Shown here: piece by piece, positions 1 through 8,729 of the stretch
Position numbering within the stretch: position 1 is the stretch's first letter
Layout: each line of letters opens with the position of its first letter
Notes under the pieces: model-generated
The model's input: the letters and a program-made list of their open reading frames with translations, nothing else
What the model was told of the DNA's origin: nothing
The model's database searches: none
Source of the DNA: Leidyana gryllorum EB-2025a
Lineage: Eukaryota > Protista > Apicomplexa
Reading direction: 5' to 3'
DNA: 64,000 bases
Assembly (NCBI GenBank): GCA_048772705.1
Contig: JBLWGC010000104.1
Coordinates: forward strand, 744,001 to 808,000
Program-made: the position numbers and the translations under genes

Positions 1-309
1 CCATTCTTCACCACCGAAACCGACGAGAATCGGAGGCCAAGATCAAAAGCCGCAATCGTCTTACCCATAATCGTCTTACCCATAGTGCATGCCGATTAAT
101 GTGTAATGTGGACCTCATCCAGATGCTTACTTTCCACACTCCTTCGCTCTGGATCCAATCCCTCCCTCTTCGCTCTACTGAGCCGCTGCTCTCCACTCAC
201 ACACGCCAAAGGGACATTAGTGTCTCGGTGCCACACGAACAACCGGTCAGGAGAAGGGTTACACAGATCAGATCACAGCAAATGATAAATGTGTGTGTCA
301 AAACACCGC

Positions 310-1098
310 TCAAAGGCTGCTGTCTTTGTGGGCAATCCAGGCTTCAAACAAGAATCCACGGAACCAATCGTAATAACGGGTGAATCCAGCATCTCTGAGC
401 CTCTTCTCGTGGGTGATGATAGTGTCAGGTAGGAGCACCCCTTCCAAAGCCCGTTCTTTCAGCGCTATCTCCTCCTCCGAGTATCCATTGAGTGCCTTGA
501 AGTTGTGATAGAGTTCGCGCAAATACGCCTGATCAGTCTCGTTCTCGGCTTTGCACTTCTCAGCCAGGATCAGTATGCCGCCAGGAAGCAGAACATCGTA
601 TATGTGCGCGATCAAGGCGTCGCGACTTGAGGGGTCCAGGAACTGCAGAGTGAACGTACACAATACCATGTGACAGGGCTTCAGCCGCATCTTGGTGATG
701 TCTCCGAGTATCACCTCGGTCTCGGCGTTGGTAACTTGGGCCTGCAAATACTTGGTGGCTGCTTGAACCATCGGTTCAGACGAGTCGATGGCAACGATCT
801 GAGACCCCGCATTAATGGGGAGGCCTTTGCTGGCGGCGATGGCGGCGTGTCCCCAAGCAGCTCCCAAATCATATATCAGCAGCTTCTCCTCGGGTTGGAC
901 TTGGAGGGTGCGGGTAATGGCAGTAATTCCGTCCAAGAGCAGTTCGTAGCCCGGAATCGAGCGCCTGATCATGTCATCAAAAACCTCGGAGACTGTAGCC
1001 CCAAACTCGAATGGGAAGGGGGGCTCAACGCCCTTGAAGACCTCATCTTTCTGTCGGAGGGGGAGAGAACCTGCGTCAGATGCGAGAGGTTTAGTCAT
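310..1098 (-). CDS. cmoA: CmoA-like (carboxy-S-adenosyl-L-methionine synthase family) class I SAM-binding protein, intronless
   Basis: Motifs FEFGATVSEVFDDMIRRSIPGY, YDLG, FTLQFL, LLPGGILILAEK, FKALNGYSEEEI and RLRDAGF match the bacterial CmoA pattern along the full length. Confidence 0.88.
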   Translation of the reverse strand: MTKPLASDAGSLPLRQKDEVFKGVEPPFPFEFGATVSEVFDDMIRRSIPGYELLLDGITAITRTLQVQPEEKLLIYDLGAAWGHAAIAASKGLPINAGSQIVAIDSSEPMVQAATKYLQAQVTNAETEVILGDITKMRLKPCHMVLCTFTLQFLDPSSRDALIAHIYDVLLPGGILILAEKCKAENETDQAYLRELYHNFKALNGYSEEEIALKERALEGVLLPDTIITHEKRLRDAGFTRYYDWFRGFLFEAWIAHKDSSL

Positions 1099-1135
1099 GA
1101 GGAATCTTTTCTACTCTGCCCAGTCGCGGTCGCCC

Positions 1136-1859
1136 TCAATTGGCGTGTTGAAGCCCGTCGAATGATTTACAGGGTTTGACTGGCTGGAGGTTGAGGAAAA
1201 AATACGGAGTCTCCAATCGGAAATGGCTCAACATGAGATAACAAGACACATAACTACAGAAAAATAGCCTCAAATACAGCTTAAGCATAAGCATTAGCGA
1301 GTATGTCATAAAGAAACATACTCGTGATGGGGTCTCCGGTGCCACACGTCACACAGAGTACGCCCAAGAGTTCGCTCAGATGAGACTGTATCATCTATTT
1401 GGGTTGCTATTTGCATGTCGTCGGCCGACAGCGGTTGGGAGAGTGTTCTCGTATCATTCAATTTCAGACACACTTTCCCTTCAAAGCCCAGTAGAGATAC
1501 AATCATGATGAGATGGAGTTCCAGCACGGGATCTGTTCCGAAGGGCCAGCGAAATACAGCTAATCCCTCCTCCTCATGTAGTCAGGCAGTTAATGCGCTC
1601 GTCAATAGGAGACTTCAATGACATCTTCGTCTAGTCCGATAACAGGATAGGCATGACACGTTTGCAGCAGTGATATCTCGAGGTCGGACGGACGACCCCA
1701 AGGCCCGTATTTGTGCCCTGCGGACTCATTCACATGATCTTCCACCTGGAGTCGCACCAGGTTGGCAACAGCTTCCACCTCCCTAAAATACTGAGGGAGT
1801 GACCTCGTTTGGGAGCTTTCCAGACATGATTCCTTAGTACGAACGGGGGAGCACGCCAT
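1136..1859 (-). CDS. Hypothetical spliced protein (about 3 exons)
   Basis: ORFs 1602-1859, 1306-1527 and 1136-1345 can be joined by GT-AG introns (e.g. GTATGT...CTGTAG). No recognisable motif. Confidence 0.4.
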
Positions 1860-1985
1860 CAGAATTTGTAGCGATCAAATCTAAAGTCTAACGCAGAGAT
1901 TGGGGTTTTCAAGATTCAGATTCTTTTGGGTTAAAGACGTGTCAGGTGTGTCTTGCGCCATCTGATCTTCACATTGCCTAACTAA

Positions 1986-3800
1986 CTATCGATCTAAACG
2001 TGTAACATAGGGTGAGTCGCCGAGACTTCGCCCTTTGGTCTCACGAACAAAGAAGACCATCACCCCCACCGACAGCAGGGATAGTGCTAAAAGCAAAAGC
2101 GAGTATGTTGTGGCCAACCAAGTGTGTCAAACTGGGAGTGGGGACTGGGCCAGATGGAGGGGGATAGCAGTTGGGTGGAGGCCCGTGAGAGCCGCAAATG
2201 TGTGGCCAATGTGTGCGGTCCACCTACCCGTGAATACGACAAAGTTGGTTCGCAAACGGAGGTACCGAGACGCACACACAATCGCGATAGCGGCCAACCA
2301 ATTACAAGCAACCGCCAGGCTGCTTGAACCGCTTTTAATTTCAAGCGGATACACTTCGAATAGATACACCCATAATATGGGGCCGTAACCAATCGCAAAC
2401 GAAAGAATGAACCCCAACACAGAAGCAGGGCCCGCCCAGGTTGCAAAGATGGTACCAGGGTAGACCCAATAAGCAACAAGGGCAGGCAGCAACGACACTG
2501 TTTGGAAGATGCAGCCCCAGATCAGTAACTTCCGTCGTCCGGTACGCTCAATGAGGAATGCAGCTGGAAAAGTTGCCACAACATTGATGAAGAAAATGAT
2601 GGTGGTGCACACAGCTGCCCATTGTTCAGACAGCCGTGCCTCGCGGAACATATCAGTGCTAGCCGATACAAACACGTTGATACCGCTGAGTTGTTGGAAG
2701 GCAGATAGCACGCATCCCAGAACTATTACATTCCGCAACTCTCGGAAGCGCAAAGCTTTCCGAAGACTCATTCCTGCTCGCTGTGCCACTTGAGAGGTTT
2801 GTACTTCAGTTTGGATCATTGTCAGTTCGATGGTAACGTCATCTTTATCATTAACATGCTGAAGGACCCGCAACGCCTCCAAATCACGTTGTCGGCGGAG
2901 ATACCAGTGAGGTGTCTCAAAGGGGAAGGCATAACCGAGCAGATAGCCGCCAATTGCGACAGGTATCAAAGTAATCAGTACACTGCCGCGCCACCAGAGT
3001 TTCCCGAATAGACTGGGCGTCGTGAACAGATCACTCCTCCACGTAGAGGTGCGATGTTGATCTGGAATGGGATCAAAGAAAGCCAAGGGGAGCCCAATGG
3101 CGGTACCAACCAAGATACCCGTGACAATGAAGATCTGGTGAAAGATGCCGTAGAATCCTCGAACTTTGGGAGGTGTCATTTCGGAGAGGTATGTTGGCAC
3201 CGCCACGCTGGCCACCCCAACCGCATAGCCATCAACTAGGCGTGCCCAAACGAACGACTCCCAAGTGTGGCTCACGACAGTCGTCACAGCACCAAAGAAG
3301 AACAGAGCAAAGGAAATCAGTATAGTTGTCCGCCTTCCAGCGTTGAGCAGTCCGCTGCAAGTCAATGCTCCCAACGTGGCGCCGATGAAGAGGGCCGTGG
3401 TGATCCAGGCTTCGTAATTCAGGGCCTGGGTGCATTCGTGGGGCGTTCTGAGTACCTCTTCTGCCCCGGCACACCAGTTCATTTCCCAGGCGATGTGTCC
3501 GAGGCATGTATTGAGTTGGCTCACACTGAAACCGAACAAGAAAGAACCGATACACGCAGCCAGTACCACCTTGCTGACATTGGGCAGCGGTTGTAGGCGG
3601 GACTTGCGTTCTGGATGTGTCGGGTCCAGAGGAGTGATTTCGTCGGGGTCAATCGCTCTTGGGACATGTAGAGCTTCTTCCTCTTGGAGTATGTCCGCTA
3701 ATACACCGGCTGGATCGGGTCGCGGGTCCGAACCCATTTGTACCAAAGACATAGCAGTGCTATCATCCAAGATTCTACTTTGTGAACTGGAACTTGTCAT
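1986..3800 (-). CDS. MFS sugar porter, apicomplexan HT1/GT1-like hexose transporter
   Basis: Motifs GRR, YLSEMTPPKVRG, FQQLSGIN, IERTGRRKLL, GYGPILWVYLFEVYP. A final exon after a ~137-nt intron gives VRETKG...DSPY and a stop at 1986. Confidence 0.93.
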
Positions 3801-3813
3801 TGGCTAAAAAAGA

Positions 3814-4400
3814 TCACTTTCTAACATCTGAACCGGTGGCACCGTCGTCTTCATCGTCATCCTCCTCCTCATCAGATGCCACAGCAGGTTGTGGTTTTGA
3901 TTTGGACTTTGCGGATTTTGAGGCGCCGTTTGCTGAAGTTCCCATACTCGCTGCCGTCAAAGCATTGATGTCATCCCGAGGAATCATTCCACTTGAAGGG
4001 AAGGTGACGTTCTTGGCTATCTCTTCTAAGTCTTGGTCGGTGCGCATTGCATAGAGAATGTGATTGGGGTTGATACGTTGTTTCTTCAATTCCTTACTGC
4101 GTTCACCGGCCAAGTCCAGTACCTACAGTCTGCTGGATGCGGCAACAGCGATCGTCAACCGCCACTTACCTCTCCGACCAAGTATTCTAATACTGCACTC
4201 AAGTAAATGGCGCCACCCACACCAATTCGTGCGGAATAGCCCATCTCTTTCATTTGACGATGGATTCGTCCAACTGGGAAGAGTAAACCGCATTTTGCGG
4301 CTCGACTCTTCGTTGTTCCCGCAACACCACCTTTACCTAAGCCTTTTAGGGCCTTTCCCTTTCCCAATCCAGTTGATGGCGCGGTGCTAGCTATTGTCAT
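3814..4400 (-). CDS. Divergent histone H2A-family protein (2 exons)
   Basis: SRAAKCGLLFPVGRIHR, AIYLSAVLEYLVGEV|LDLAG, KQRINPNHI, RTDQDL; short GTAAGT...GTAG intron near 4120-4170. Confidence 0.9.
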
Positions 4401-4692
4401 CTGCGACACAAAAAAACACACCAATCAGGCTTGGTAGGAGACACACACATTCGGTTGTTTCGCCGCTCCACCAGACACTAAAAGGGCTTAAGGTGATACC
4501 CACGGTTCAACGTGTACCTTTGGGTTTCGATTATCGGCAGCTAGTAGCTCAGATGTGCTTGTCGGTATTGCATTCAAAGTACTAACGAAACATTGAAAAA
4601 GAACTTGAACTACGGACGAATATCAAAGGACACATCAAATGCCCTGAAACGATCAATTTCAGGGATGATCCATGACTTCGTAACCCAGGCGT

Positions 4693-6012
4693 CTAGTTGT
4701 AAATATCCAGATGAAGTCGGGCGGGGCGATGACGCAGCTTGATGTCAACATCGTGGCAGCATTCCCCTTCACAAGGCGGGCATGGCTCCTCCACGCATGG
4801 CGGAAGGGATGGGCATATGATTTCCATCGTGCTCGATGCGGTTTCGGCCGGAGCAGTGGTCGTAGGTGTGGTCTCAGCCGGAGCAGTGGTCGTAGGTGTG
4901 GTCTCAGCCGGAGCAGTGGTCGTGGGTGTGGTCTCAGGCGGAGCAGTGGTCGTGGGTGTGGTGGCAATGGGGACTTCGGCAGTGGTGGACAACAGGGTGT
5001 CACCATCGAGAGTAACAGTGGGAACGATTGGGTCGATAGTCATGGTCAACGGAGGGAGGAGTGTTGGGACAACAGTGGACCCGGGAACACACTCTATGGC
5101 AGCGACTTCAGAGATGATTTTGTCGAGTTGGAGCCAGAAGTCCAATGACGATCCAGCAAGAGGACGAACAAACTCCTCTGGTTGTCCAATGTAGGAGTTG
5201 AACCATTTCCACGATTCAGACGGCAGGCTGTTCCACCACTCTCCATCGAATATCAAGAAGGAGGCGTACAGTTCACGGGCCTCCAGGGCCTTCTTGACTT
5301 GTGCGGGAGAGGGATAGTACTCAGTTGTGCACTGGCGTTCGGCCTCGGCTTCCTTGAAGATCCCGCTGAAGGTGCTCATACCGTAGCCATTCAGACCATC
5401 TCCTTCAAAGTGAGGAGGAGCGTCTGTGACCACGACAACCAACTTGGCGGCTTCGAGATTATTCCAGCCCACAGTTTGAGACTCACTGAGAGCCACGAGG
5501 GCTCCGAATTGGTTTTCGCTCGGATCTCCACCGCCGAGAGCTTGGAGCTTGTCGTACACCGCCGTCAATTCATCCTTGTCGGCAGTTAGAGGCAGCTCAA
5601 ACTTCTGGCAGTAATCGGTTCGGGGCTCGCCCAGAGACCACACGGGTTTGTCTCTGAAGGAGACTACGGAGAAAGTAGTACCAGGATGAAGTTGAGACAA
5701 CATTTCCACCATCAGGGGCAATTGCACATCTCTCATCTCCGGAAAGTCATCGGCAAAGCTACGAGTAGCGTCTTGCAGGATGACGATTTCGAGAGGGAAG
5801 GTGCAGTCATCGGTGGATCGATGCTTAAAGTAGTTTTCGGGACGACCAATGCGAGTGCTCTGACGAGCGTGCCACGGGTCCATTCCCTCAACAGGTTGTA
5901 CAGATCCGTAGACATCCTCCAGAGACTTGCCTCCGGCAGAAACCGGTTCCATCTGCTCCTTGGAAGCACCCACAAGGGCAAAGACGAGGGCCAAAAGCTG
6001 GAAGCCACGCAT
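4693..6012 (-). CDS. Secreted VWA (integrin-beta I-like) domain protein with mucin-like Thr/Pro stalk
   Basis: Signal peptide; MIDAS-like LQDATRSF; FSVVSFRDKP; GGGDPSEN; VVVVTDAPPH; TTPTTTAPAE repeats; Cys-rich C-terminus. Confidence 0.85.
   Translation of the reverse strand: MRGFQLLALVFALVGASKEQMEPVSAGGKSLEDVYGSVQPVEGMDPWHARQSTRIGRPENYFKHRSTDDCTFPLEIVILQDATRSFADDFPEMRDVQLPLMVEMLSQLHPGTTFSVVSFRDKPVWSLGEPRTDYCQKFELPLTADKDELTAVYDKLQALGGGDPSENQFGALVALSESQTVGWNNLEAAKLVVVVTDAPPHFEGDGLNGYGMSTFSGIFKEAEAERQCTTEYYPSPAQVKKALEARELYASFLIFDGEWWNSLPSESWKWFNSYIGQPEEFVRPLAGSSLDFWLQLDKIISEVAAIECVPGSTVVPTLLPPLTMTIDPIVPTVTLDGDTLLSTTAEVPIATTPTTTAPPETTPTTTAPAETTPTTTAPAETTPTTTAPAETASSTMEIICPSLPPCVEEPCPPCEGECCHDVDIKLRHRPARLHLDIYN
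4847..4962. repeat. 30-bp coding tandem repeat (ETTPTTTAPA), 3-4 copies
   Basis: Unit GCCGGAGCAGTGGTCGTAGGTGTGGTCTCA is repeated with 1-2 substitutions. Confidence 0.9.
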
Positions 6013-7085
6013 TGTTAAGATTGATTCCCGACAAAGAGAAAGAGAGAAGGACAGTAAGAGAAAGGCTGAAAGACAAAGTCTGATTGATCAAGTATTTCTG
6101 ACTCGGTTCGGTCAATATAATGTCCCAGACGCACACTCATCGGCACACAAACCAGTCGTGAATAGATCGGGAGGGGCCGTATTCCCTTTCTGATCACTCG
6201 CCAGATCTCAGGCGGTGCCGAGGGTTGCGCGAGGAGTGAGATCTCGGGCACCTTTGCCTTCGAGGACTAACTGGCTGACACTCGCTCGAGTCGATCGAGA
6301 CTTGACAAGAGTGAACTCCTAAGTAAGTGCACACTATGATTCCAACACGTGACTCTGAACCGCCTCTCGAACACCCATTCAATTTTGTTTAAGTGTTAAC
6401 AAGCTGCCAGTTAGCGTGAAAAGGTACGGAGACATGTGCTCCATAGCCTTTCTGACTGAAGAGGGAGAGGTGTCAAGGTCGGTTGGTGCGGATAGTGTTT
6501 GACCGGGAAGATACGTCGAGAGCTAAATGGGACTCAAAGAAACCTGAGGTAGAAATGTGTCGAAGTTTATGGCCCAGACCACCGACACACAACCGCTTGG
6601 CAATTTCAGCACCCGGCTGCAAATCGGAGCTGGCCACCTTCGAGAGGCCACCTTCGAGAGCAGATTGGTAACTCTCTTTTACGTTGGGACTGGAGCTAAG
6701 TATAAAGCAGTGAACATTTTAGCGAGTGTAAAGCCCAGGGGGCGGATTAGTAGTCCAGGTAAGGGAAGACAGAGCCAGACAGGCAGGACGAGCACAGTAG
6801 AAGGAGACGCGAGAGGATTGGGAGGGAGACTGGAGGTGTACACAAATTCAGAACTATTAAAGACAGTCACCATTTCACAGCAAGTAGAATAATGGAAAAA
6901 ACAACCTCTTGAAGTGCTACACTTTCAGGAGATAGTGGGCGATCTACGATGCGATCACTAAAACTCACATAGAGAACAAATTGCCAGACATGCGGAGATC
7001 GCTCGCACGACCGGATGGAATGAAAGATCGAGCAGACATCCCGATTCACATTTCAAGGTGAGAGCGGATACCACCTTGAGACATT

Positions 7086-8429
7086 CTACGCATTTACCAC
7101 ATCGAAAGCGTCGATGTGAACTTCAACTCCAGCACCCGCCCGGGGGAAATCCTTCATGAGCTCCTTGTGCTTGTTGAGAGAGGTTTCGAGTTCGTCGTCT
7201 CCCAAGTCGTTGACGAAGTAACATTCACCAAGCGGACGCGGTACAGCAGCCCTCAGGAGTCCATCCCGAGTTTGCACGATTGCCTTGGATCCTTTCTTCA
7301 TCAGATCGATAGTGAGGAGTTCGTGGTCCAAAGCAAGTCCCACTTGAGACATGGTGGTGATGATACGCTTCCATTCGTTCTCATCAATGTAGCCACGAGT
7401 GAGAGCCAGAGTGGTGGAGTAGGCCATGTCGATGTTTACAGCGTGGCCGTGACGAAGAGGCACCGCAGGAGTGAGCTCCAGGGTGGGGCTCCAGGTGTGG
7501 CCGAAGGCAATGACTCTGTCGAGCATGATCTCGTGGAGGTTGGGAGACTCAAGTTCGAGCATCTTCTTGATGCCGCGATAGCAGATCTCGTGAGCGGCTT
7601 CCTTAACTTCTTCGTCCGACCCCTCGATTTGGCCGAAACGAGTGGAGATCAATTGAGGACCCCACTTCTCCAGCAGGTCGAAAACACGGCTTTCGCCCAC
7701 AGTAGCGATCTTGATGAGCTCTGCGATACCGTTGCGGATCTGAGCCTCGGGGAGGGTGCGAAGGAAGGTGAAATCGAGAAAGGTCATCAGAGGAGCGTGG
7801 TAGGCTCCCAGGCGGTTCTTGAGCTTCTTATGGTTCACGGCAACCTTAATTGCGATGGAGGCGTCGATCAGACCAATGACCGTGGTCGGGATACGGATGA
7901 AGTTACTGCTTCGCTTATATGCAGCGCAAGCGAAACCGCCAACGTCGCTGATCAAACCACCTCCAACTACCAGAACGGGTTCTTTGCGTAGCAGGCCGAA
8001 TTCGGCCAATTTATCTTCCATCTTCAACATCGTTTCCATGGTCTTGACATTCTCGTTCATTTCCATCGAGTGGAGTTCAAAATCCAATTTGTAGTGAGAG
8101 AAATAGGCTCTCATATCATCGCCGTACAACTTGGCCACGTTCGAGTCCACTATAGCCAGACAGCGGCCCCAAGTCATGTAGTAGTTTGCCAAGTCGGGCT
8201 TGGCAGTGTCGAAGATGTGATCCACAAACTTGAAATCGTAGCGGATGATCTCTCGGGCTTCAACTCGGAAACCGTCTTCAAGAACATTCACAACGCCCTT
8301 CGCGTCAGTGCCATCAATCTTCATACCCGGCTTCTCCATCACGTTGTTGTTCATCATGGTAGAAGACTCTTCCATTACAGTGGAAGGAGTAGCAACTTCA
8401 ACAACTGGAACATAAGTGGTCGACGCCAT
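7086..8429 (-). CDS. mysA: Sedoheptulose-7-phosphate cyclase, demethyl-4-deoxygadusol synthase type (DDGS/MysA), intronless
   Basis: GGGLISDVGGFA, RIPTTVIGLIDAS, KNRLGAYHAP, and the DDGS-diagnostic MLELESPNLHE..LDRVIAFGHTWSP, then HGHAVNIDM and TRDGLLRA. First ATG is at 8429. Confidence 0.92.
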   Translation of the reverse strand: MASTTYVPVVEVATPSTVMEESSTMMNNNVMEKPGMKIDGTDAKGVVNVLEDGFRVEAREIIRYDFKFVDHIFDTAKPDLANYYMTWGRCLAIVDSNVAKLYGDDMRAYFSHYKLDFELHSMEMNENVKTMETMLKMEDKLAEFGLLRKEPVLVVGGGLISDVGGFACAAYKRSSNFIRIPTTVIGLIDASIAIKVAVNHKKLKNRLGAYHAPLMTFLDFTFLRTLPEAQIRNGIAELIKIATVGESRVFDLLEKWGPQLISTRFGQIEGSDEEVKEAAHEICYRGIKKMLELESPNLHEIMLDRVIAFGHTWSPTLELTPAVPLRHGHAVNIDMAYSTTLALTRGYIDENEWKRIITTMSQVGLALDHELLTIDLMKKGSKAIVQTRDGLLRAAVPRPLGECYFVNDLGDDELETSLNKHKELMKDFPRAGAGVEVHIDAFDVVNA

Positions 8430-8729
8430 CTTCCTCAGATCAGGTAGTGGAAAGTAAAACACTTCGAGAAAGAATGAGCAGAGGAAGGCAAGAAGACCAC
8501 GTCAGATCGTCTTTTCAATATCAATACCATGCTATATGCCAATGTCCCACTCCGCACACCTCACCAAACTGGTTCTCTGGCACACAAACCGCGACCAACT
8601 GATCGAGAGTGACCACCCTATTGACGACTGCGGGCCTGTTCGTTGGTGTTCTGCGTATGTGTGTGTGTGTGTTGTTTGTGTGGGTCTGGGCTGAGAGTCG
8701 CACGCTGTGCGTCGATCAAACTGAGGTTT

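Noticed and set aside
54-83. 15-bp direct duplication AATCGTCTTACCCAT (also a 14-bp GGCCACCTTCGAGA duplication near 6633)
   Set aside because: These are isolated two-copy slippage-type duplications with no element between them.
7086-8462. 3-dehydroquinate synthase (shikimate pathway) or EEVS
   Set aside because: It lacks the DHQS R..LN.GHT motif and the EEVS R..D.GH motif. It has the DDGS-type PNLHE..LDRVIA.GHTWSP.
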